Source: Amphiscolops sp. MND2022 (Eukaryota). Taken from it: DNA of 64,000 nt. Both the position numbers and the translations under genes were made by a program. How positions within the stretch are numbered: position 1 is the first letter of the stretch; each line of letters opens with the position of its first letter. Location of the stretch: assembly GCA_964187785.1 (NCBI GenBank), contig OZ076414.1, positions 34,658,001 to 34,722,000 of the forward strand, written 5' to 3'. Below the pieces are notes generated by a model. It searched no databases. It was not told the origin of the DNA and was given only the letters and a program-made list of their open reading frames with translations. Shown in pieces: positions 1-10,074 of this stretch.

Positions 1-452
1 TTCAAAAAAAGTCGCATAGTACCAAAAAATGTAGAAGGGGGGACCCTTTGGGATTGATTAACATACATTCAGTTGCAAAATTTGAGAAAACTCGAAGGGG
101 GGACCCTTTTGAGACATTAAAAATTTTTTCGAAAAAAAGTCTCAGAGCCGAAAATACTGTAAGTAGGGCGTACCCTTTGGTCCCGTTGAGTTTCTTAGAT
201 GATGTAAAAATACTACTTCGCAAGCTTTTGCGCCAGTATTTTAAATTTGCTAAGTAAGAATTGTAAGATTTCAAGATTGTAAGAATTGTAAGAAAAGTGA
301 AAAGTGGACCTTTCAGTGTGAGGCTGAAGAAAAAAAAAGGTCACTGCTATAGTCGGGCATTTTTCCTTAAAAGGATAAACGCCGACTAAAAAAGAAAAAA
401 AAGGTCACTGCTATAGTCGGGCATTTTTCCTTAAAAGGAAAACGCGCCGACT
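1..452 (-). mobile_element. HINE (Helentron-associated, DINE-1-like) non-autonomous element, partial; terminal hairpin duplicated (about 341-452)
   Basis: aagggggaccctttgg central subrepeats; two tandem copies of the end stem-loop agtcgggc...gcgccgact followed by an A run, as in the fuller copies at 38617-39112 and 46611-47181. Confidence 0.65.
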
Positions 453-658
453 AAAAATTAAGATTGGACTTATTCTGACAGTTTTTGAAAAACTACTATA
501 AATACGACGATGGAATGAAAACTTGATGCGCAAGTCAAACGGTTGGCATGTTCGAAACGTCTCCGCTTCAAATTCACTTTTCTCAAGAAAAATTGCAAAT
601 TCTTTTAAAGTTTTTGTGGCAGACGAATATGGCTTTAGAACGTGTTGCCGCCTCTCGG

Positions 659-853
659 GAGTCGAATTATCTAGAATCGACAATTGCAACTGAAATGTTC
701 AGGGTCGAATTATTTAGGATCGAATTTCACAGGAACCTATAGCAATGGTATTATATGTATGAAATGTTCACTTCTTTCGAACCTAGGTAAAATCAAGTCA
801 CAGTTCGATCCTAGATAATTTTACACATTTTTCGATCCTACATAATTCGACTC
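659..853. mobile_element. Small foldback MITE
   Basis: gagtcgaattat...gatcga repeats on the left are inverted relative to tcgatcct...ataattcgactc on the right; no TSD resolved. Confidence 0.5.
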
Positions 854-917
854 TGCACAGCAATCCCTTTAGAACCCCAGATTGTCTATGAGGCTACTTT
901 CTTTTTACATCGCTCAC

Positions 918-1194
918 CTTTTCACAGTTACTGCACGCGAAACATTCCTTGTGCCACTCGCTGCCATTCCAAGTAAGTTTGGTGGCTCCCGCTTTGAACG
1001 AATTCAAGCATTGTTTGCATTTCGGTGCAAATTTCAGATCCCAGCAGTCGCTGCAATACAAACTTTCCTCCCTTGTTCCAAACGACTTATCTACCAGCGA
1101 AGCACTACACTCGTAGCACTTGAAGCAAGTGTCATGCCAGTGTTTGTCCTTGAAAGCGAGGTCTTTGTCGTCAACCGAAATTACTCCATGGCAC
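918..1194 (-). CDS. FHL-type gene exon, LIM1 and start of LIM2
   Basis: cctag acceptor, AAG|gtgagc donor; CxxC...HxxCxxCxxC...CxxC LIM pattern. Confidence 0.92.
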
Positions 1195-1841
1195 CTAGGC
1201 ATAAACGAAAATTGTGAAGAAAATAATGATACTTCTTGATAACCAACTAATCCTTGGAAATTACACCTTTGCATTCAGTTCATCGAGTGAAAATTAGGTT
1301 AAACACCTTGTGTCAGCGAAGTTTCTTGAAATAAAAGTAATTTTATCTTCTACATTGATTCACAATCGTGTTTCCTAAGACAATCGTGTGTTATAAGAAA
1401 CATCAACCTAAATACTTTTAAGGATGATAATTTTAAAAGTTATTCAATATTTTTTAATCTGGGAAAATGGGAGATAATCAGTTTGTGAAGTGGTGGTTCT
1501 CCTTCATTTTCACTACAAATTGTTCAAATACTCGCACAAAGGTTTCAACTGAGTGTCAAATTTCGTGGGCCTTATTTGCGTTTACCTGTTGCAATGGTGT
1601 GTGAATTGCGCGTTGTAGCAATCAACACAGTATGGATGGCCGTCCTTGTTGACAAATCTGGCTCCGTATAGGGACTTGTGACAGTACCAGCAAGTGAAGT
1701 CAGGCACCTGTTGAACACCACCGTATTTCCTAAGTGGAATCGCAACAAAACTGACGTCATTAACATATCTAGAAAATCTTCAAAAATGTAACCAAAAGCC
1801 TCTAATATAAATATCTTTTTTGCTTAATCATCTTCTTACAT
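918..1841 (-). CDS. Four-and-a-half LIM domains (FHL/Limpet-type) protein, 5' coding part; the gene continues left of the window
   Basis: Exons 1841-1840 (AT), 1729-1586, 1194-918, all GT-AG and phase-compatible. Translation MKYGGVQQVPDFTCWYCHKSLYGARFVNKDGHPYCVDCYNAQFTHHCNRCHGVISVDDKDLAFKDKHWHDTCFKCYECSASL...WHKECFACSNCEK is the FHL half-LIM followed by LIM domains. Confidence 0.9.
1586..1729 (-). CDS. FHL-type gene exon, N-terminal half-LIM
   Basis: ttag acceptor, AG|gtaaac donor; FTCWYCHKSLYG...PYCVDCY. Confidence 0.88.
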
Positions 1842-2585
1842 GGTCGTTGTTTTGAAACGAAATTAATTGGCTTTCGTTGATCTCGGATGTTTTTGAATAA
1901 GCTGTCTACTTCAACATAACGTTTTCACTCTTGAATTTACAGTTTTTCTCTGATTTCATTTTAAAGCTACTATTAGAAGTAGGTGCTTCATCAGAGAAAA
2001 TACGGTGGGTGATTTAGGAGATAATGATGAAGTTTTTGGTGCAGTCGAAGATTCCGCTTCTGGGGTTTTACTCTGGCTTCTTTTGTCACATGTTTCATCA
2101 TTTTCTTCTTCGTCCAAGGCTAGCCGCATTCCTTCTTTCTGCAGTTGTCTCGACATTTTCACTGCTAGACATCAATAATATTGTTTGTATTTTAAATGTT
2201 TTTGTTTGGTCCTGATGGTTGCTTTATAAAAGTCCACTTGAAGAACTTGAATTAAGTTTTCTGAATGAAATAAAGTCGTTTGAGCTTTTTACGACCTCTG
2301 TATCTCTTTATCAATTGTAGTGAACGCAGTAGTAATGTGTCTACAACTGAGCTCAATGTAATCGACGTGATCAGGTGGCTTGCTAAAATTGATCAACTGA
2401 AAAATTGATTATAGACGACCTGATTTGCATATTACAGACACCTCAGTAGTTTATAATATTGTTGAGCACTCATTTGTTCCATCAAGTGGTTTCACTTGAG
2501 CACAGATTTATTTGCACCAGGTCTCAAATTCATAACGAAAAAACTTAATTGTTGAGCCGACACTAGTTTCACATGACAATTGTAG

Positions 2586-4962
2586 TGTTTGACCCCAGTC
2601 AGATTAAGACAAAAATACCAGAGTGCAAAATATCAATCAAAATACCACAAGGACAAAATATCACAAACAAAATACCAGACTTGGTTATTGATGCATGAAA
2701 CTAAGTCATCGACATAACGGAATTGGACAAACTAGCAAAGTTAAGAATGGAGAATTTCATTCAATATTGAGTAGTTTTAGCTGTATAACTCCTCGGTCTC
2801 CTCCTTCCGGGGCGTTTCACGCTTCTCCAGGTAATGACACGTCGCTCATACATTTGGGCACTATAGAAAGTCGCCACGCTGATATTTTGTCCCTGTTGTA
2901 TTTCGTCTTCTCGTATTTGTTTTTTGTCCTCACACCAGCATTTAATATTCAATCGGAGTAAAATATTTTTTATTAGTCGGCGCTGTTTGACCCCAGTCAG
3001 ATTAATTGATTTGGTTTTAAAAGAGTGAATATATTCTTTGAATCCCATAAATGAAGTTTTTGTATTGTTAGGTTTTATGCAGGATTGGCATTTAGGCTAC
3101 AGGAAAAAAAAATACCAGAGTGCAAAATATCAATCAAAATACCACAAGGACAAAATATCACAAACAAAATACCAGACTTGGTTATTGATGCATGAAACTA
3201 AGTCATCGACATAACGGAATTGGACAAACTAGCAAAGTTAAGAATGGAGAAATTCATTCAATATTGAGTAGTTTTAGCTGTATAACTCCTCGGTCTCCTC
3301 CTTCCGGGGCGCTTCACGCTTCTCCAGGTAATGACACGTCGCTCATACATTTGGGCACTATAGAAAGTCGCCACGCTGATATTTTGTCCCTGTTGTATTT
3401 CGTCTTCTCGTATTTGTTTTTTGTCCTCACACCAGCATTTAATATTCAATCGGAGTAAAATATTTTTTATTAGTCGGCGCTGTTTGACCCCAGTCAGATT
3501 AATTGATTTGGTTTTAAAAGAGTGAATATATTCTTTGAATCCCATAAATGAAGTTTTTGTATTGTTGGGTTTTATGCAGGATTGGCATTTAGGCTACAGG
3601 AAAAAAATACCAGAGTGCAAAATATCAATCAAAATACCACAAGGACAAAATATCACAAACAAAATACCAGACTTGGTTATTGATGCATGAAACTAAGTCA
3701 TCGACATAACGGAATTGGACAAACTAGCAAAGTTAAGAATGGAGAATTTCATTCAATATTGAGTAGTTTTAGCTGTATAACTCCTCGGTCTCCTCCTTCC
3801 GGGGCGCTTCACGCTTCTCCAGGTAATGACACGTCGCTCATACATTTGGGCACTATAGAAAGTCGCCACGCTGATATTTTGTCCCTGTTGTATTTCGTCT
3901 TCTCGTATTTGTTTTTTGTCCTCACACCAGCATTTAATATTCAATCGGAGTAAAATATTTTTTATTAGTCGGCGCTGTTTGACCCCAGTCAGATTAATTG
4001 ATTTGGTTTTAAAAGAGTGAATATAATCTTTGAATCCCATAAATGAAGTTTTTGTATTGTTGGGTTTTATGCAGGATTGGCATTTAGGCTACAGGAAAAA
4101 AATACCAGAGTGCAAAATATCAATCAAAATACCACAAGGACAAAATATCACAAACAAAATACCAGACTTGGTTATTGATGCATGAAACTAAGTCATCGAC
4201 ATAACGGAATTGGACAAACTAGCAAAGTTAAGAATGGAGAAATTCATTCAATATTGAGTAGTTTTAGCTGTATAACTCCTCGGTCTCCTCCTTCCGGGGC
4301 GCTTCACGCTTCTCCAGGTAATGACACGTCGCTCATACATTTGGGCACTATAGAAAGTCGCCACGCTGATATTTTGTCCCTGTTGTATTTCGTCTTCTCG
4401 TATTTGTTTTTTGTCCTCACACCATTTAATATTCAATCGGAGTAAAATATTTTTTATTAGTCGGCGCTGTTTGACCCCAGTCCGATTAATTGATTTGGTT
4501 TTAAAAGAGTGAATATATTCTTTGAATCCCATAAATGAAGTTTTTGTATTGTTGGGTTTTATGCAGGATTGGCATTTAGGCTACAGGAAAAAAATACCAG
4601 AGTGCAAAATATCAATCAAAATACCACAAGGACAAAATATCACAAACAAAATACCAGACTTGGTTATTGATGCATGAAACTAAGTCATCGACATAACGGA
4701 ATTGGACAAACTAGCAAAGTTAAGAATGGAGAATTTCATTCAATATTGAGTAGTTTTAGCTGTATAACTCCTCGGTCTCCTCCTTCCGGGGCGCTTCACG
4801 CTTCTCCAGGTAATGACACGTCGCTCATACATTTGGGCACTATAGAAAGTCGCCACGCTGATATTTTGTCCCTGTTGTATTCCGTCTTCTCGTATTTGTT
4901 TTTTGTCCTCATACCAGCATTTAATATTCAATCGGAGTAAAATATTTTTTATTAGTCGGCGC
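2586..4962. repeat. Tandem array of about five ~492-497-bp units (first unit internally shortened by ~125 bp)
   Basis: Near-identical units; the same short ORF starts at 2695, 3192, 3687, 4182, 4674. Each unit ends in tattagtcggcgc. Confidence 0.95.
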
Positions 4963-6020
4963 TTTTGAAGAAAAGTGCCCGACTCTTACAGTGGGTAGTT
5001 TTTTAGACGCGTAAGGTCCACTACGGAGGTTCAAAACACCCGAAACCTCAGAACCTCGTTGAACCAAAAAGAAACAAAACCGACGTCCAGAACCTCGAAA
5101 ACATACTAAGGTTCCCCCTTTTTGCTATCTTGGTGTTTTTCACTTGATTTTTTTTCGGCACTGGGACTTTTTTTTGAAAATTTTTGGATTGCGCCAAAGG
5201 GTCCCTTTATTTGTTTCGATATTTTGCAGCAGAATAGATGTTGAAAAATCCCAGAGGGTCCCTCTTACATTTTTCGGCACTGTGACGATGTTCAAAAATC
5301 TTATTTCTTGATTTTTTTGGATTTTTTTAAAAGTCTCCAAAGGGTCGTGCCCCTTCATTTTTTAAATATTTTACCACAAACTGGAGTTTCAAAAAGCCCA
5401 AAAACTTTTTGAAACTCCAGTTTGTGGTAAAATCCGCCTTTTCATCATTTCTGCGATAGCAGGAATATTATTGAAACCTCAAGATGTCCACTTTTTTCAG
5501 TAAAATTTTTGTCGTGATACTGAAAAATTCAGATATTTTGTTCGGCAGTGACTATGAACGTGAGAATTAAATTTCTCAAGCTGCCGACGACAATTCAACT
5601 CTCGTGCGATGGAACGGGCGAGTGGTATTTATGCATTCGTACGCTGACGTAATTGAGACGAAGCGAGCGAATGTTCCTAATTATTCATTCGTACGCCGAG
5701 TTACTGAGATGAAGCGAATGAGTGTTAATTATTCGTTCGCCGAGAGCTTCGCCTACATTCAAATGCGAATGCGAAACTCCGTCTACGCTTAGTAGTTCTA
5801 TTTGCTTTAGTCCGAGATTTAAAGGCGGTATAAACTGGTACAGTGATTAATTGTGCGCTAAATAATTAAACAGGAGTGTATTGGTATTCAAGATATGATT
5901 CTATTATCTATGAAAGTTTAAAGCAGATATAATAGTGTGCCCGGAGGGGCCTATTTTACAGTTATTAAAACTTTTTGAGCTCTAGATATAGCGCCGACTT
6001 TGGCCATTCCCGGCTTGTTT
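4952..6020 (+). mobile_element. HINE (Helentron-associated) element with a nested insertion
   Basis: 5' tt-agtcggcgc subTIR in a stem-loop (4954-4984), gggtccc central repeats, 3' gcgccgact subTIR plus tggccattcccggcttgttt stem-loop (5991-6020). Confidence 0.7.
5428..5961 (+). mobile_element. Short deletion derivative of the Helitron-like SGNH element at 49818-52331
   Basis: 5428-5900 aligns with 49818-50280; both copies end ...aaagcaga...cccggaggggcctatttt...ag|t. Confidence 0.6.
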
Positions 6021-6318
6021 CAATCTGACTGAATTGGTTGTAATCGAAATTTGAAAGTTGGATCAGTTTTTGGAATTTTCAACTCTGAATTGGTTTTCAG
6101 CCCTCGTATCAACCAAGCCCATTGTGCCGAGAACGCATCTCGATTGTACAGGGTTCCGAACGATCGTCAGAAGGTGTTAAATCGTATACCCAAAAAAAAC
6201 AATTCACCCACGTCAAAAACGTGGTTCATTTTGGCTGATTTTCATCAATTATGATTCAAAGAGTGCTGAAGCTGATGCGATGTGTGCAATGAGTATAGTC
6301 TGTGTGTTGTTGTTGCAG

Positions 6319-6462
6319 GAGTCGTTGAAGCACCCTAAGCGCCGGTTGATCAGAGACAGCAAGAAGAGTGGTCTGAGTCTGCTGGGGTCCAACCGCTTCG
6401 CTACGCACCACTTCACCCTCTTTAGCGACATGCTCGTGCATCAGCAGTTCTCAAACCATGAA
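6319..6462 (+). CDS. ALS2: ALS2 exon (PH domain)
   Basis: ttgcag|GAG...GAA|gttcgt; ESLKHPKRRLIRDSKKSGLSLLGSNRFATHHFTLFSDMLVHQQFSNHE. Confidence 0.85.
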
Positions 6463-9400
6463 GTTCGTATCGTGAACCCCAATAATTTCAAATCTCTATT
6501 CTGTTTAAACACTAAATTTAAAACTTCAATTTACATTGTCACCAGAAGAGTTTTGACATCGCTAATTTTCTTTCGCTAATCGTTAAAGCGCTAATTTCAA
6601 AATATCTATTCCGCTGAAAATCTTTTTATTCAAACTATTAAATAGTTGAACTCCATTATGTGTCAAAATTCAATGATAACTGTATTCAATTTCAAAGACT
6701 AGAAGTGTAAGTGAGTTTTACAAAAGTTGGAATTTTTTGAAATTCATTTCGAAACTCCTTATTTTTTCGAGTAAATTTTGAATTTGGACAATCTATTAGT
6801 TGCCGCTAAGTTGAATCGCTCATAAAATCGCTGAAAAATTCTGCGCGGCCGTTAATTCGCTAAATCACTGATTAGCGGTGTGAAATCTCTGATTGTCACA
6901 AATGTAGTCGCTAACTTTGTTAGGTAAGAACTCACAATTTTTTATTCAATCAAATGATGTTTTTAGCACCTCCATTGCATTTGTAGGCCAAGATTGGCTA
7001 TTTCGGCTCATGACAAGATAGTTTTTTTTCAAACTCCTCAAAAACTTGACAGAGACAACCTAAATAATGCAAAGCTTGGTATATAGTGATGCTTTGGAAT
7101 TTTATTGTTTAATCATCATAAATCACTGAATTATTCAGGCTTCAATTATTCCTTAACAACCTTGTTTGATTGCAATGTTAAATTGTTGTTTTTTTTCAAG
7201 GTTTTCTGGCTGCAAACTATCTGGTTGGAGTCTTTGAAAGATGGGGAAGCATCCAAAAAGAACTGCATGAAACTCACAATGCCCGAAGAACGCGAGTTCT
7301 ATCTATGTGCATCCTCTGCTTCAGATAAGGTTACAAATTCCACTTCATGAAAACATTTGTGAAATGAAAGTTGTGTTTTTGATTGTTCGCTGCTAATCTG
7401 ATAATTTTTTATAGTAAAAAATTCAAACCTGCCAAATTGTCTTGAATATTTTCACTTGGCAAATTTACGGGCTGGTCATGATACTTTAGCGTAGCTCACA
7501 AAATTCCCGAAGTTTTCTTCACTGGACAAAAATGAGTCTTCAATCTTTCAGAAGCTCAAACTGAACGTGTTCGCTTCAACAAATTCAGAGTTTGTAGATC
7601 ATTTCAAGGGCAGTTTTCGAGATGTTGGGAACCCATGTAATTAAAGCTGCCATATTAGGAAAAGGGCCGACTGCGTCTACTTCATTAATTTCTGAAAATA
7701 AACTTTTTATTCATATAACTTACCATGTGACTATCTATCATTTAATGTCGCATACTACTACTCCCTGAATACAGTTTTTAGGATGTTTGGTCTTCCTTTG
7801 TCCTTGTTCCCGGTTATCAAAAGTCAGCGCTGAAGTTTTATTGCACTAATTTTGACCATCTGGTCTTGATGATGGCCACTGAAATTGTGTGTGTATATCA
7901 AAATGATTACCAACTTGCAATACTTCATTAAAGTTCAAACAGAACAAACATCAAATGTGTTTGAAATCAAATGATAACAACCGAGAGTTTTTGTTCATTG
8001 TCCTCAATGACATTTCAAAATGTCACAATTAATGTGAAACTTCAGGCTGACTGGTGCATCGATTTGACGAAGGCCATTGAACGTGCTCTCAACCCTGGAT
8101 CTGTTCCCAACATAGCTTGTGAGGCGCAATTGGACAAGACTCTCTCTTTATGTCGAACCAGCAAAGTGAGAGAGGCATCGCATACTTTCACCTCTGCCAA
8201 CTCCAAACTGAAAGGTGCCACCTATAAGGGAACTTGGAAGAATGGCAAGCCCCATGACAAGTGAGATATTCTGTCAATCGTAATTGGTACCTTGCAAATT
8301 AGCAGGATTCAATTAACTTGGAAATTTCTGGATGAAATATAGTTCTAGCCTTTGTTAGACACAACCGTATTGCTATATTCTGCGGTGAATAATAGTGAAG
8401 AATAATAGTCGAAAGAAGTCCGTTCTAAAACTATGAGAAAACTCTCGTCGTCTTTGGATGTTTTCGAGTTTTGGATGAAAGATGATGTCGGAGAGTTCGT
8501 CATCGAACTTTATTTTAATGGGCAAACAGTTGCTCTCGACAACAATGATTTGGAGCGAATACACGGATCGGTATCTCTCAGAGATATATTAAACACCGAT
8601 CTCGACAAATGACTGACGAACTATGTTTTTATCGACCCCCCTTTCTCAACACGGAAACTCTTGAACGAATAAAATGATTCCATATAGTTACTAATACTTA
8701 GAGGGCTGTTTCTATAGCTATTTTGACACTTCCACCAAAAAATGGGCCCTAATTTTTTGAAAATTATCATTGTTCAAAATGGTCGTATGATGTAACATTA
8801 GAATAATGCTGGAAGTTTCACTTCACGTCAAATAGGCTCATCGATATTGAAAGATTTTAGGAACCTTACTTATTTTGTTAAACCCATCACTCAGTTCTTC
8901 AAAAGAACACGATGGAAAAGAACACGAGACTTCCCCACATTAAAAAGTGCAGAGTTTGAGCTTTTGCCAACGAATGTCGAAGAAAAAATTTTTTGCTGAA
9001 AATACGTTTTTCGTAGGAATCGTGACAAGTGTTTTAAAACAGTGTTTTTCATTTCAAAAACATGTAAAATGTCCTTTGTTTAAAAAACTTTTTTTTGCAA
9101 TTCTAGTTTTAGTTTTATGCTATTTCTGACAGAAACTAGAAGTGTATCAAGATTACCGAATTCAACTGTTTCACATAAATATCTTTTTCTTCAAACACAT
9201 TGGTCACTTTTTAAGGGATTTCTTTTCATTCTGATACAGAGTTATACTTGGTTACACCATTAGACAGCAGTTTGATTTCGGTGATATTACTCTATATCAG
9301 TTGAAAACTTTGTTGCAGGGGTATGTTGGTGTGGCCCGATGGACGAACATACATAGGTGACTTCAGTGAAGGACTGCAACACGGCCAAGGGCGTCTCATA

Positions 9401-10041
9401 GTTCACTCTCCCCCGAATGGAAGCGACTCTTCTCTGCAGCCCCTGTTTGAACAGAGCTACGAAGGCCAGTGGCAGCACGGACACATGCATGGGTTTGGAA
9501 TGCTCAAGTTAGTAAACAGAGCATTCTGAAGTTTTATTTTCATTATTATCACCGTGGGTGGCAAAGGAATTTTTAGTGAATTCACGGAGAAGTCAGATTT
9601 CACTCTGAAATTGAAGTTATAGCTTGCATAAACACGAGTTTTCACGAACGAAAAATCACTTTTTTACATTAATTCCAAGTAAGAGCTACATTACTTCCAA
9701 GCATTGATTCCATCTGCGTAAAAACTGGCAATTGTTTTCGAGAATTGTCACTTAATGGATTTTTTTTTGGAAAATCAACAAAAGGTTTTTATCACTAATT
9801 ACTCGCAAATGTCCCCGATTTAAGCGGATCCGGTTTTTTCACGCAAATGTCTCGATTTTACACACCGTAAATTCCTACCAAGCCTGACATAGCCTGATGT
9901 CAGACATTCATCGGATATGAAACATTATCTCAACTTCCGATGAGTGCGCTAATGCAACACACCCTGAATAGAAGTGCTTTCTCATCGTGATCATCACGGT
10001 ATTTCATTAGCTGATGGAACTTTTTCCTCCTACCCCCCCCC

Positions 10042-10074
<33 letters not shown>

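Noticed and set aside
2-274. Short ORFs over HINE repeats (also 5140-5358, 38717-38995, 46794-47003)
   Set aside because: Translations of non-coding gggggaccc subrepeats.
1956-2162. 68-aa minus-strand ORF as an FHL coding exon
   Set aside because: No phase-2 donor in its frame; the split ATG at 1841-1840 with an upstream in-frame stop explains the start. Probably 5' UTR or upstream sequence.
2695-4940. Repeated 88-aa and 95-aa ORFs in the tandem array
   Set aside because: They recur only because the unit repeats; no recognisable domain and overlapping on both strands.
2586-4962. Retrozyme (hammerhead-containing tandem repeat) or CRISPR-like array
   Set aside because: No CTGANGA...GAAA core found on either strand of the unit, and there are no unique spacers.
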